64,000 nt of DNA from Octopus sinensis (GCF_006345805.1 NW_021836134.1:1-64000); one strand, 5' to 3'. Counted from the stretch's first letter, positions 1 through 13,730 are shown. Made by a program: numbers and translations. Notes: generated from the letters alone by a model not told the origin.

Positions 1-1167
1 TGAAGACTCAAATAAGTATTGGAAACTCACTCGGACTTGGAGACTGTTTTTTTCGTTTCTGTGCGCCTGGAAGTCTCTCCACGAGATTAACCAACCCATG
101 TGATTGACAACTTGACAGCGGATGATCGGGAAACGTGGAACTCCTCCATCTGGAAATGAGGGGTGGTTATATTACAATGTGCGAGGACAAAACTCTGTAG
201 AGACATGTACAGTCATGGCAGGTCTTAAGTAGGCAGTCACTTCTCGACCATAATTTCCTTGCGGACATTTGGATACCGAAGAATCGACTGAGATAGAGGA
301 CACGTATGTTGGTTAGATTGCCGAATCCCAACTTCTGAAAGGAGAGAGGAGACAGGGACGTTGCTACCATGTGCTAAACATCCAAACCTTTTCTCGGATG
401 AGTTTCTTCTCAAAAGCATTTTCTTGAGACGGAACATATTTTTGGAGTCATTGTTGACTATTTCCATGAGGCCTGTGCTACTGGCGGTGTAGACTCCGTA
501 GTGCCTCGCTCTACACTCAGTCACACACACTCACCGGCCTATTCTCTCCAACAGACAGTACATGGTTAAGGACACCTTCCCTTCGCAGTCGCCGAGTAAG
601 CACTTCTCCCTCTCCTTTTGACTCGACACAAAAACAAGTCTTTTCCCCATCTTTGATAAGTTAATTTCAAAATATAAATAAATGGCGGGCGTTTACTTTT
701 CAATTGCCGCGCTGTGGGTAATATTGGGGACAAATCAGACTTTGGTAGTAATTCACGTTCAAAGTAGGCAGAACAGGATCCACGGACTTGGCCTTGGTCG
801 ATCAGAGCAAATGGATATATTTTGTCCTCCTGTGGTTGTAGGGTCACGTGATACCTCGAGTATTCGCCGAAATGCTTCTGTGGTGTCATCGGGTGACTGG
901 CTATCGTCTGACTTTACCACGGATGATGTGAAATCTGCTCGATTTTGGGGCAATATGTAAAATTGGAGTGACTTGCAGTTTTTTAGTAGTCTCCAAATTT
1001 GGTCTTTGATTGTTTCGTCGAGGACTGGGAAGTTTTCCGAACCTTTCTTTCTTCCAGTCTCAGCCATAACATGTTTAGGGTTATTCCTTTGGTTATATTC
1101 ACTGTGATGATACTTCGAGTCCTTCTAGGCTGATTTCCTCCACTAAAATGTTTTGATCAATGTCCAT
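1..1167 (-). CDS. GTF3C1: TFIIIC B-block-binding subunit (tau138/TFIIIC220), 5' part; runs off the window start
   Basis: Manual splicing gives MDIDQNILVEEISLEGLEGITLNMLWLRLEE...DETIKDQIWRLL and YCLLERIGRARHYG. These match the GTF3C1 N-terminus (EVALEGLDG...LWSRL) and B-block domain (YCILERLGRSRWQG). 27- and 24-nt GT-AG introns; one apparent -1 gap near 1045. Confidence 0.85.
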
Positions 1168-1289
1168 TTTTGTATTTTTAATACAATCCCGCTCGGTACC
1201 ACTTAAAAATAAATAATATTTTATTTATTTTGTCGTTTAAATTTACAAGATTTCTTCTCTTATAAATTAATTTAAATTAATAATTCCAT

Positions 1290-1600
1290 TTCATAAAAAC
1301 GAATCATTTATTTTTTTGTACTGGAGTACAAAGTTCCGACCGGGTTTGAAAAGTAACGCCATCGTGGATATCTTATCACATACGGACTCCGCATGGGAAT
1401 GGATTCTCCAGATAGGATATTGAGCTACTTAGCATTTATTTGACCGCGCTACAATAAAAAGAAACTATAAGACAAGAGTAACTAAAAGACTTCCCAACTC
1501 GGATTTTATTCAAAAATAATTAACTTTCTTGTTTCTCTCTTAAAAATTGTGTGTGGCTGGCACAAAGAATGTCCCTGGGTGCCCATGTCTGTCGGTAGTG
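1290..1600 (+). mobile_element. Degenerate Ty3/Gypsy-like RNase H/integrase-junction relic (copy A)
   Basis: Encodes KFRPGLKSNAIVDILSHT, resembling the Gypsy YRPGKxNxxADxLSR motif. Clear nucleotide similarity to 3760-4200 on the minus strand. Stops and frameshifts. Confidence 0.45.
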
Positions 1601-1802
1601 CCGCTAAAGTCAAATAAATTCGAAAGGTTTTCTCTTAGGATCAAAGTTAAAAGATTTGTTAATGTACACAGCCACTATTTTTGAACTGAGCTGAGATGGT
1701 TTCGTGAAATAAGGTGTGAAATGTTCTCGAACAAAGCACTATTGAACTTACTGTGGTTGTGGTAGGAATGTGGCTATAAATATATTGTCTCGGTCTAATG
1801 TA

Positions 1803-3452
1803 ATGGGAAAATTCGTCGTCTTTGAAAAATTGACACATAGATACATATTGGGAGTCATTCTATCCGTGTCGGGAACCTCCCTGATCTACGGATACGGCAA
1901 CGGAGTGCTCGACGGTATCGAGGCGGTTGATTCCGAATATTATAATACTCATAGCCCGCCAGAATATTCACTCAAAACATTCTAAGGGAGCGCTACAATA
2001 AGTATTACATGGATGGGACGGAATGGGGACTCATCTGGTCGGGGATCGCGAGCATCTACCTAATCGGGGCCACGATCGGAGCCTTCGTTTCACCCATATT
2101 GGCTGACTCTGTCGGAAGGAAGCATGGACTTCTCTACAACAGCATCATAGTCATCGTGGCTGCCGTTTTGGGGGCCATCAGCAAGAGCATTAACTCGTTC
2201 GAAATTCTCTTTGTAGCTCGGTTGATATCCGGACTGAGTGTGGGTTGGCGGCATTTAGTAGTGCTTAGGCATTCTTGTTCCGATCGTCAGCATGTACGTC
2301 AGCGAGATCAGTCCTAAGGAGATCCGTGGGACTGTTATTGCCATACACCAGTTTGCAATAACCTTCGGGATCTTTCTTTCCGAAGTCGTCAACCTGGATT
2401 CAATATTTGGTGTTTTTGTGGTGTTTAATCACAGGGAATGAGAAAAACTGGCCTATTTCTCTTCTCATTCCGGGAATCATTGCCGGGGTGTTTATTTGTC
2501 TTTTTTACTTCTTCCCGGAAAGTCCCGCTACCTTTTGCTGTCACGGAATAACGAAGCCGAAGCCAGAAAAGGTTGGTGCAGACTGATCAGTGCAGCCATG
2601 AGTGAATACAGGACCTCGAATCTCATCGTCGAGGAGGAAATAGAGGAAATGATCGTCGAGTCAAAAAATATTTCCTCCAACAACATTTCCTGGGGAGAAC
2701 TCGTCAGACAAAAAAATCTCAAAAATCGCTTGCAATCGTAATCGTCTGTTTCATCGTCGCTCAACTCACCGGAATTAATGTGGTAGTCCTCCTCATGCCA
2801 AATGGTCTGTCAGATCTTCACCTTTTCGCGGAATATATACAAAAGTGCCAAAATCCCCGACGACAAGATCCAATACGCCTCCATGGGAACGGGAATCATC
2901 AACTGCGTCGCCACCATCATCGCTGTTTGAGAACTGATTTAATTTAGACCCCATTCGTGGACATTGTGGGTCGAAGACCACTACTCATATGGCCTCTGCT
3001 ATCTATCATCATTAGCCTTATCCTGGAAGTCATTTCCCTGGTTTACTCAGTCCCCATTCTCTCTGTTCTGGCGGTCTACCTTTTGTCATTTCATTTGCCA
3101 TTTCCTTTGGGATTGTCCCTCAGGCTATCATGGTCGAGTACTTCAGACAGGATGTCAGAGCAAAGGCTGCTGCGGCGGGAATTCTCATTGCAAACGCGGC
3201 CAACTTTCTTGCTTTTTGGATATTCAAACCTGCAATTGAAAATGTAAATGTCAGTGCTTTATTCTGCTTATAGGAATCAGTCAAAAATTATATTTGCTTG
3301 TATTTGCGGCTTTTTGCTCCCTTGGCTTTATTTTCATATTTCTTTTTACTCCAGAAACAATGGGGGAAACATACAACGAAAATTCAATTGCACTTGCTAA
3401 CTGGAACACCGTTTTCTCTCGACAAAAACCCAGTTCAGTTACTGACTTTTAG
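1803..3452 (+). CDS. Facilitated sugar transporter, SLC2A/GLUT family (MFS)
   Basis: Motifs YGYGNGVL, DSVGRK, MYVSEISPKEIRG, FPESP(R)YL, QLTGIN, VDIVGRRPLL and PET. Six GT-AG introns of 23-31 nt; four -1 homopolymer gaps must be corrected. Confidence 0.93.
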
Positions 3453-3759
3453 TATCCCTTCTAAATTCGGCTAATTATTATTCTCACTAAACTAATTTTT
3501 GTGACCAATTTTAATATTACCCCCATTAAACCTTTTATTTCTAGGGGTGTGTTTACTTAAATGACTCCCATTAAAAGAGATAATGAGTGACCAGTATTTC
3601 CACGGATTCGCCAATAATAAATGACAATTGGATCTTGTTTTATTGTCAAAAATTAAGATCATTTTTATCAGAAATTCTCTAATAGATTTGTGAGCTTACA
3701 TGAATTGATATGATAGGATGTTATCCAGTCATTTACAAAAACAACAAAAAGCACACCGC

Positions 3760-4200
3760 AAAGTAGGTGACTAAGGTTTTGTTTATGCCAGCCATACAAT
3801 TTTTCAATAACAAATAAGATAGTTATTCTACTTAATTTCGAATTGAGACATGAATTAGTTTCTCTTGATTATACGTTTTATTTTTAGTGGAATGCGACTG
3901 TTGAATACTAATAACATCCCATCTGGAAATCCATTCATATTTTGAATACGTATGTGATAAGATGTCTATACGACGTAACTCGTCAAACTTGACCGAAACT
4001 TCTAGCAAGGAGTCGGCAACCTTTTTGTGGCAAAAAGCCACTTTTTACTTAAACAGCAATTAAGCATAATTAAAGAGCCACCGTATAATAATATTTTGTA
4101 AAGAAAACATGAAAGAAAATTTAAACATAGAAAGTATAAAATAATTAATGCGACGATTGTCCCTGTAATTCCAGCAATAATCACATGATTTAAATAAGAC
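3760..4200 (-). mobile_element. Degenerate Ty3/Gypsy-like relic (copy B), inverted relative to copy A
   Basis: KILLYGG...KWLFATKRL and KFRSSLTSYVV(I)DILSHT. Synonymous differences versus copy A (TTC/TTT, CGA/CGG, GAT/GAC, TCC/TCA) identify the coding frame. Confidence 0.45.
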
Positions 4201-4211
4201 AACGAAAATCG

Positions 4212-4365
4212 TTAAGTCCCAGCGGCCAGGACGCAGTGTGCGTTGCCCCGAACAATGGCCAGGCCGATGCGCTGGCGGAACCAGAGGCCCTCTCTCGTGT
4301 CCTTGAGCCTCCTCCCGATGGACTGCCCGACCTCGTTGAGGAACGAGTCAGTCTCCTTTCCCGCC
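4212..4365 (-). mobile_element. CRE-clade non-LTR retrotransposon 3' fragment (restriction-like endonuclease C-terminus)
   Basis: Translates to GKETDSFLNEVGQSIGRRLKDTREGLWFRQRIGLAIVRGNAHCVLAAGT*, the DxRExxFLxQRLSxAIQRGNA signature. GC-rich relative to its flanks. Confidence 0.8.
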
Positions 4366-4842
4366 GTAACGCGGTAGCGGTTGGTAGCGGTTCGAGAGCG
4401 AAAATATTTTGTATTTTCGACGTGGTTTGCAGCCGAACAAGGGTTTGCGGCGGAAGAAAGGATCCTCTAGCAACAGATTCTCGACCATCCAGTCATTTAC
4501 AATTATTTAAATTGCTTCTTGTTTACAATTTTTTTTGAATTGCACTTCAAATACAAAAATTAAATATTTCCATTTATTTTGAGCACCTTTCTTCAAGTAC
4601 TGTTAAAACTAATTCAAATTATCTCATACCGTCATTTCTCAATTTTATTGTACCCCACTTTGAACAAATCTTAAAATGTATTTGTTCATTTTCATATAAT
4701 TTGATAGTAAAAATGTGAAAAAATGCAATTTATTGTATTAAAATAGAATTAATGAGTATGTTTGCTTCTCAGCATTTGTTTTTTCAACAATGTATTAGAA
4801 CAACGATTATATTTTATTAGTTGATTAGGTTAGGGTAGATTA

Positions 4843-7339
4843 TTATTTAACGTTTGAGTTATCGATCAAGTCCCGATAGAAAAGCGAATAATTTACCAAA
4901 TCTTGTGTGTTTTTCTCAGTGCAGATGGATTGAGTTACGTTTGGGGTTTTCCAGTCAAGCACATTCACTAAATTTTTGTAATCGATTTTCTGATCTTCGT
5001 CACAAAATCTGCCAATTATAGCAACCACATTTTACCTCCCGATCAACATCTTTAACAATTCGGGACGGATAGGAATTCTGATGGACTTTAGAGCGTTTGA
5101 GGTATTCTGTAAACTCAATGACCCAGTCCTAACCACTATAAATCGCATTTATACCTGTCGACATCTAGATGTTCGAAAAGTAACAGTAATTCCTTAAAAT
5201 CAGTCCACAAATTTTTTCTCAAAGATTCTATCGCAACATTGATTAAGCAGTCGGTGGAGATCTCCGCCTGTTTTTCGCAGGAGTATTTCCTCGTGGTATT
5301 GGGGAATGCCAAACCTGGCCACTGTCATGATTTCCTGGAGAACGAGAGAAGGAAAGGCACGACTTAAAACTTCCCTGAACTGGTTGTATTCCATGGGTTT
5401 GTCTCGATCGACCAAATCTAACATTTCTTTGATTTGACTATTTTCTTTCAGTTCTGAATTGATTTTTTTGGAAATCAAATCAAAGTCGGAATAAGGGAAC
5501 TTTATGAGTCAAAGATGACATACCTGACTTGGGTGGGCTTCCATGTAATTGAAGGCGTACTTGTCCGCATTCGATAGCAGGAAAACGAACGAATTTATTT
5601 TTAGTGTGTTGCCAATGTACATGTCTTGTAATGAGTAATATTTTGAGAGTTCTGTGGGTGTACCGGGTTGGTCTGGCAACCGAACTTTTTGTCTGCTCAT
5701 AAACTTGCCTGCAGAAAAGCCTGGAATGAAAATATTCCAAAATACCGGAATTGTTTTTAGAATTCTCAAAAATCAGAAATGTATCGTCCGACAAAAAGTA
5801 TGATATAACAAAGTTCCGTTCAGAATCGATAGGCTTGTCTGACACAATTTTTGCAGTAAATCTCAGGACGTTGCTAATATACCCGCATCCTCCATATTCG
5901 AAAAATTGGGAGAGGTCTTTGAAAGGAGGTTTCAGTTCCATCATCATGCACGACACGAGAGAGTCTTCTTCTGTTCCATACCCAGTGTATGGTGGGAACT
6001 TTGTGCTCGTGGGGGGCAGTCTTGGTTTTTGTACTCAATTGGCTTGAAGTCATCTAATTTGTAAGATTTAACAGCACGTGCCTAGTCCATAGACTTGTTT
6101 GTAGTAACTTTGAGTGAACTCATCACAACTGACAAGGACCACCTCCCTCCCGTACACATTCAACGAGTTTCCAATTCTCAAATCCGAGTCTGTGTAATAG
6201 TCTATTGGTTGCTCTCCAGTCTAAGTGTAATAGGGGAGGAGTCCTCACCCTGAGGCTGTCTAAAATGCTTCTACTGCCTGCACCCATCGGGCCAAACACG
6301 TTAAGCACTGTTCTTTTCGTGACTTGTCCGTGTATTGGAAGTCTTTCCAACGATTTTGGTAACTTGGCTCGTCTGAGAAACACGGGAGATTTGTCACGCC
6401 CGCAATTTTTGGGGAATATCTTTGCTAACAAACAAGTCACGCACCTCAATAATCTCGATTGTGTCGTCACTCAAATAATAGTGCAAAATCAAGTTGCGGA
6501 CATCTCCGTAGAGAGTCTTTGAGTCATCCCAGTAGCAGCGGAAACACAACACCCGTTTGTCCATGGCCAGGAACTGTCCCAGAGTGTCGATAACTTGGTA
6601 AGGCTTGAGAGGATGCATTTGTCCCTCGACCTAGAAATGGGATGTTTAACCCTCTAACTGAATTTCTGTATTTATTGTACGGATCCTGAGGCAGTTCTTC
6701 AGGGTCGTTGATTTTAATTCCGATTTTATACAGAAAATCCCTCGTAAAACTATCGCAGTTGATAATTCGGTAGGTTCTTCCATAAATCTCCAAATCCATC
6801 GCAAGATTCAAGTCCTCGACCCCCCAATAACTATTTTCACATGTCGAGTCTTTCAAAACTCGGTGTCGTTTCACAACATTCCCTGAATGTCATCATTTTA
6901 TAGCAACCCTGTGTCAATCCTGATTTTTGAATCGCGGTTCGATGATCTGTATTGTGGAGTCCTCCAAATAGAAGTAAATTTTGCAATAACGAATTCTGTA
7001 CTTTTCGAAACGACTCTCATCCACTTTTTCGCGGTACCAACTGTCAAAACAAAGAACCTAATTTGCTGTTTTTGACAGTTTGTAACTTTTTGTCAAATGC
7101 AATCCAAGGCGGGATTTGATTTTCGTATTTATTTGCAAAAATGTCATTTCTTTTCTCTTTAGTGCCGAGTAGTTTTGTCCCCCAATCCCAGGTTTTCCTT
7201 CGACAAGAATTGGTTCGTCCGAAGAAAAGTTAAAATGTTGGGGTTTGTGAAATTTTTCAAATCCCAACTGGAAAAATCAGTTTGGCTAAAAAAGTACTTT
7301 TCTATTAAAACAATTTCCAGGCAGGAAAGGCAACGCCAT
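4843..7339 (-). CDS. EFHC2: EF-hand domain-containing family member C2 (DM10 repeats, ciliary microtubule inner protein)
   Basis: MALPFLPGNCFNRK|LGFEKFHKPQHF...KPGIGG matches the EFHC2 N-terminus. Three DM10-like blocks (LHYYLSDDTIEI, FVISYFLSDDTF), PPYTGYGTEEDSL, and C-terminal KIDYKNLVNVLDWK. Many mini-introns. Confidence 0.92.
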
Positions 7340-8031
7340 TTGAATTATTGCATAGTAACAAAATTTGAGTTAAAGATGGTCAAAAATCCAAAATTTTAAA
7401 TAATATTTCGTTTATTTTAATAATTTTACACAGTTTATATTCCTGTCAAATTGACTAAATTTTTTAGCAACATTCCAGCACCAATGTTATAGAAAATAAA
7501 TAGGTTAAGTACTTATGGGGACAGGAGATTCTTAAAATTCGACAAAAATTACCATAAAATAGAAAAAAAGTCCAATTTGTGCCAATACATGTCGAATTTC
7601 CGCTTAAATTTCCGCTTAATAAGGAAATGGTTCAGGATTCACATAATATAATTTCAGTCATCTACTTAATAGGTCAAATAACGAATTAAATATTTTAAAA
7701 GGCAGCGAGGAGATGCTCTAAGAAAGCCACATGCATGTAGCGACAATTTGCGCATGTACAGTTCTGAAATTTTAATTTCGTGAAACCAGTAGAGATGGCA
7801 CCTAAGTAGACTAATTGCAAAAAATGGCAGAAATAATGCTAAAAACTATACAGCAAAATCAAACAGTCAATGTACTGGAAAATAGGCCATTAAAAGTAGT
7901 AATAAAGACCACAAAAATGTATAACTGATTACTCCATCAAACTATTCACCAAAAGTGAGGATTCTTAACATCTGGACTATAAATGAGAGAAAGCACATCA
8001 ATAATATATGAAAATAATCTACAAAACAATG

Positions 8032-8641
8032 TCACGTCTCTTTTTTATGCTTATCGTGCTGGGCCAACACATCAGGAGGGACAAGAGCTCTCAGAGAGTG
8101 GATTTCATCAAGCAAAACTGCCCTGTCGCCCAGGTCGTCAGGACTCTTGACAAGTCTCCCAATCTCGGCCGTGACATCACGGATAAGGTGATCCTTCACC
8201 ATGTCCTACACGTCGATATATCCCCTAACCATGGCCTTCTCGATCCTCTGACTTATCGACTCTCTTCCGTCGGGGAGGCCAAATTACGACCATCCACAAT
8301 CAGAGGGTCGGAAGTGACAGACTCGGAGGTCTTCTCGGGGGCAGGCTCCAAAACTTTTTCCTGAATTTCGGGGGTCGTAGAAGAAGCCTTGGATGAATTG
8401 AAAGATGCTACCGTGATTTGGGTGCGTTCGATGGACTTGCTGGTGGCAGGGGGGTCAAAAAATCAACGCATTTCCACCTCCCGTAAGAGTGCGTTTTCAG
8501 GGTAATCACCGTAAAACGTTTAGAGGAAGTTTCGATCGGTTTTTGAACTGAAGGCTTCACGTCCACGATTTTGTAGGAAACACACTTCTTCTGCGAGTTC
8601 TTCGAATCGGATAACTCGCTGGTTTTATGTGTCGAGTCCAT
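8032..8641 (-). CDS. TSC22/bunched-family leucine-zipper protein (short)
   Basis: Motif RFTVI...GRWKCVDF and a TSC box (SQRIEKAM|DMVKDHL...LRALVPPDVLAQ). 24-nt intron at 8206-8229. Confidence 0.8.
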
Positions 8642-8899
8642 GAGGATTCCTCCTTTGAGAGATAAATAGATTTTGTGGTAATGATTTAACACAAATCAGC
8701 ACCAACCTACGCCACTAAACGAGTAATAGGATTCAAACAAATAAAAATTCAGTTTTTGAACATTTTACTTGATAAAAAATGTTATACTTTTAACAAAATA
8801 TATAATTCGATTAAAATTTTTCACCTATTTTACACATTTTTATATATTCATTAATTATAAAATAAACACATTTCTTTATTCTCAAAACTTGGTCTCTCA

Positions 8900-10130
8900 A
8901 ATACGTTAAACTGAGTCTGCGAGATCTCAACGTCACTCAATTTCAACAGCTTTTTTTGCACTTTCCAGAGTCATCAAAAACCTTTCAGTTACAAAGATCT
9001 AATCATTCCTTTTTCCCTAATTCACCTTACCGACAACGCTGGATCATGAATTCAAAACAATTTGGAAGAAAAACTGAAATCGATAGATGATCTGAACGAC
9101 CTGAGAGATCTTGCATAAAACAGGAGAAAATGGAAACTACTAACAGAGCGTATTCTGAGTTGCGTGGTAAAAATATAATCTTAACTAACCTTTTGATTTC
9201 GCGTGAATTGCATAATAATAAAAAATTCACTTGAAAAGAATCAAAAAACTCCTCTTTACAAAGAAATTTGTTCAATTCGATTTCATCTCTGGACCTCTTT
9301 GTGGTCCTTTTTTTCAAAATTTCCCTTTTTCGAACGTTTTGAGTTGTCAAATTTCGAAGTCGCTCTAGACATAAGGTTTATTTATCTAGAAATTGCGGAA
9401 AATAAATGTTCCCAAATGGAGTGAGATGCATTTATTGTAAATCTATTCTGAAAAATCTACGCTCCTGTTCTGACTAACTTGATCTAGCTGCCGTGAACAC
9501 TCTTTGCCACGCCCATTCTGGTGATTAGCTTGGTGCTGTCTCTTAGGCTTTCACAAAATTCTTCTTTGATGAAGAGTCTGTTTAGATCGTCGTTGGCATT
9601 CGTCTGGCTCTTAAAGTGGGCCAGCTTTATGCTTTTCGGTGCGGGAAAGTTATCGACTTTAAGGGATTTTATCTTCTTTCTAGAAAACTGAGTTCCAAAC
9701 ATTACCCTTTGGCAGGCTTCCGTTCCATTTTAGAGACTGTGAATCTTGATGGCAAAGACAGGAAACCTTTAGACCAGATGATGCTTCTTCCTTTTGAAAT
9801 AACAAATTTCTCGTCTGGGATGTCGCCTGTCATCTTTAAAAAAATATAGTTAATTCTGCGGTCCCGCATCCGAGTGCGGTCAGTACTGGAGATTTCTGGG
9901 TGACAAATATCGCGGAAAAAACCATCGGTATTCTCGGAGTGGAAAAATGTAAATTCTTTTTTTATGGATTCTCTTATCTCAAAAAGACCGTGAGACTTCA
10001 GAAAGTCAAGCTAGCTGTTTCAGCGTGTCTTTTTTGCAACTATACGCAAAAATTGTATTTAATTCTCTGGGGACAAGGGTGTTTGCTTTTTTGCTTATGA
10101 ACTTTTTTTGCATTAATTGACTTGACTTTG
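8900..10130 (-). CDS. Hypothetical multi-exon protein, unassigned
   Basis: Several same-strand ORF pieces with a repeated motif (LNRLFIKEEFCESL / LNKFLCKEEFFDSF). No family recognised; boundaries uncertain. Confidence 0.3.
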
Positions 10131-10689
10131 AACACATTTTTTGCACAAAATGGCAAAAACCGAATTGCAATTCTTTAGTGGTCAACAAGTCTCACACGTC
10201 ACATTTAAACAAAGGTGAAAATTTATTGATTGCTCAAATTTTCAGTTCTAAATTGTCTCCCAAACACATAAGAAATGCTGTATCTCTATACGATAAATAC
10301 CTGACGCATTCACGGGCGAATTTTTTGTTCTAATTTTCCGCAGGCCTGTTCAAGAAATTATTTGATTCAATACTGTTGTAAAAATACGGAAGTAGACGCA
10401 GCAGGAGTTTAATAAAATCCTAAAAAATGCAAAAAATGTTTTTAATTCAAATAAAGATTAAATTCTGCGATTTTAGAATTTTTGAATGCGGTGAAGACAA
10501 AAAAGTGATTTTCAGATAGAGTTCTGTATTTGATAGTTTTATATCATCCATCTTGTTCGCAACATGTCCTGGAAATCTTTTTTTATTCGCCAGCATGATT
10601 ATACATTTGCAAAATTTGCAACTTATCTAATTGTTGCAATTTTTATTTTACTTTTTAGAGGAATAAATAACCAACACCACCCTCTATTT

Positions 10690-12000
10690 CTAAATCAGTT
10701 CCTTTTCCCCACTTGGTTCAATTATGAGGTTACTGGTTGAATTTATCTCTCCGTCAGTGATTTTGATCTCGTAACTATCTATTACCATCATACTCTTTAA
10801 TGTTTTATCAACATTTTGTGTGGATATGATCGACTGGACTCGAGTATCCTTTCAATTGTTTGACTGCTGATTCCATACTTCCTACAAAGATGCAAGTATA
10901 TCTCAAGACTTCGCTATCTTTTCTGACATAATCACTGTTTAGCATTTTTCCACAGTAGGTTGCAAATGATTAACGGTTTTTTGCTTCTTGTTGTAGTTTA
11001 GATGCACATTCCACCTGTTTATCACAATTGCAACAAATTTGATAAACCAAGAAGGAAACTTGCGTTTCACAGGCACTCAACGAAGTAGGCCTGATCAACC
11101 AAGTCATATGCCTTCTTCACATTTACCCACATCGACACTGGTGAGTTTCCGTGGACTCTGGAGGCATTTTTTGGTTAGTGCCGGCTCCTTAGATCCCTGG
11201 CAATCCCGCCAAGTATCTAACTGGTTCTCGGACAGAATCCCATTCACCTCCACAAAATTTCTGACCTCAGTAGCCACCACCTTAGTCATCAACTTGTACA
11301 GGTTGGGAATACAGGTTATCGAACGATAATCTGTCGAAGCGGAAGGATTATCTACTTTAAGAATCAAATAAGTGACTCCAGTACATAACCACTCTGGAAT
11401 CGAGTCAGGGTCAACGGTAAACTGTTGATTGCTTGACACATGCAATCATGGATTGGTTTGCAATTTTTTATAGAGAAATTATACACCCTATCGACCCCAA
11501 GTATCTTTCAGTCAGAGAGACAAATTACTGACAAACGGAAACGACACACCACTGCGAGAACGTGCTTTCCACATACTCCCCCGTGTATCAAGAATTTTGG
11601 CTTTTTCTGGGTACCCTCCTTTGTCTCTCCGTGCAGCCGCTGATAGAACAGCCTGCGATTAAACTCAAACAAGTTGTTTTCTCGCTTGCGCTGACACCGA
11701 GATTCTGATAAACGAGGTATAAATAGAGCCTTACGCACGATCGCATAAGATATTGCATGATTGATGCAAATCATAGCGTCACTCCTGAGTTCCCACCAAG
11801 GTATCTTTCGGGTCACTTTGCGGTCCGAAAGGGGGACAACACGATTCGCAGAGATATGCCTACTAAATATCTTCTTAACTTGCAAGAGTAGCAACAACTC
11901 GCTACTCTGGTGCTCGTGTTGTATAGAACACAGGGGCATCCCCTCGGCGTAGGCGTCTTGGCCAGCTTCTTCAGTGCCTTCAACAATAATTTCGAGCTAA
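10690..12000 (-). mobile_element. R4/Dong-clade non-LTR retrotransposon relic
   Basis: WLCTGVTYLILK...DYRSITCIPNLYKLMT...NGILSENQ...CQGSKE (RT domains 1-2) and upstream RENNLFEFNRRLFYQRL. Stops and frameshifts. Confidence 0.8.
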
Positions 12001-12582
12001 AGCAAGAATTCGCATATTGATTTTCTTAGTTTATAATAGATCTCACGTCTTGAGACGGCGTATTATGAATCCTTAATTTGAGATGATAGAAAGGGATTAA
12101 AGAAGGTCGAACAAGTTAATATAGTGAACAATCACGGGGACCATTTTCCGGAAAATATAAGTATATTTTTACAGAAAATTAGAGTAAAATCGTTTGAAAA
12201 ATTTCTGTCCCTGGTCTAAATCATTAATTGATTGCTTAAAATCATCAGTGAAAACAATTTGTAACAAAGTGCGTATTTCATTCTATCTGCTAGTTTTTTA
12301 AATTCTTAATGACTTCAAAGTCAAGGAAGTAAATGCGATGATAAAAAGTATTCTAAGAAAAGGAATGATAAGAATGAGATTATTTCGATAAAAGAATTCA
12401 TTTTAACAAATATGTTGCATTTTTGAGAAGATTGAACAGAAAAGTCAATACAGTGTGCGGAAAAAAACGGTTTTCTAATTTCTGTATAAATCAACTCCAT
12501 GATATGAGGTACTTAAAATAAAATGAGATTTGAGTTATATTAAAAGTCAAATTTCCTTAACTATTATAAGAACAGGAACTAG

Positions 12583-13134
12583 CTAATCCTGTGACTCAAT
12601 TTCCATTAAGAATTCTAAGTGGAAAATGACAAGTCAACTTTTATAGTCGACTTCCCCACAGAACACGTTATTCTTCAATAGTTCGTCGGTTTCTTCGGCC
12701 GTCAAAGAATCCCCTGAGATGAGTCATTGCTGACTAACCAGTGAATGTCAGTAAATTTCTGAACTCTCTTTCTGAAATCTTTCCGTTTTGTTCTCTGTCG
12801 ACCGTACTGAAAACTTGGACAAATTCGTTAAATCCGTTTGTTGTTTTGGCCCCCATTACTGATTTTACAATGGACAAGACTTCCTCGATAGTTACGCGTG
12901 AGTCTAAGTGAAGAAAACATAAGAAAACTTAAATTGTAGTTCGTTGTGCATTTATTAATTTCGGCCATACTGGCACAAATTCCGAGGTTATAAATCACAT
13001 CTGCAATGTTTTTGTGAGGGATTTTATTGTCGCCAATATTGTCGAATATCGAAAAAATATCCTCACACTCTTAGATTTTTAATCGAAGGAATACCGGCAA
13101 TGAGGTCTGGTGATAACGTCTCATTTCTAGTCAT
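12583..13134 (-). CDS. Myosin essential light chain (MYL6/Mlc-c-like EF-hand protein); absent from the ORF track because its exons are short
   Basis: Spliced: MTRNETLSPDLIA|ECEDIFSIFDNIGDNKI...DVIYNLG...|DSRVTIEEVLSIV...FNEFVQVFSTVDREQNGKISEREFRNLLTFTG|DSLTAEETDELL...GEVDYK|EFLMEIESQD*. Four GT-AG mini-introns. Confidence 0.8.
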
Positions 13135-13529
13135 TTGCAGACACACTTTTTAAAACAGTTTATTTATTTGGATTAACCTTCAGAAAAAAATTTTTGTCAC
13201 ACTTAGTATTTTTGTAAAATAATTTTACTAAAAATTTGTTCCTTTTCATTATTTCTAAACAAGTTTTTGAGCTTGTTTAAACAGCAAAAAGTCCGTAATA
13301 CTATTTACTTTGTGACATATTTCAGTTATAAGTTAATTTAACTATTCAGATGAGTTTATTAAGGACAATAGTTATAAAAATTCATTTGTTTTTATGGGGC
13401 TATAATATCATATTTTCAATATGCGTGATTGAAGTAGAAATAGTCTAATTTATCATTTAAAGTACTTATTTAACTGATAAAATGTCGAAAATCAAAAAAT
13501 CAGTTTTTTAAATTAATATTTCTTTAATC

Positions 13530-13730
13530 TTGTCCTGTCTCATTTAAAGACTCCATGGTCTCTTTTTTGCCCGAATGTTTTTTCCTAAAATGATTCAACA
13601 ATTTGGACGGTTTCATTGCATCATTTATTAATGACTTATTACACAGTAAGCAATATAGTCCACTATAAAAGAATTTTTATAAATCCAAATTCCAAATATT
13701 CATTTTTAGGACGACTCATACAAAAACAAA
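13530..13730 (-). mobile_element. hAT (Charlie/Buster-type) transposase N-terminal relic
   Basis: EYLEFGFI...LINDAMKPSKLLNHF matches the YLxFGF...LxNxAMKPSKLxRH BED-finger motif. Decayed. Confidence 0.6.

Noticed and set aside
4366-4500. ACCGCTACC dimer and hairpin CGAAAATA-TTTTG-TATTTTCG next to the CRE fragment
   Set aside because: Could be a MITE or hAT subterminal piece, but no partner end or second copy was seen; too short to call.
10200-10620. Possible Tc1-like HTH relic
   Set aside because: Only vague similarity; no catalytic motif or TIR.
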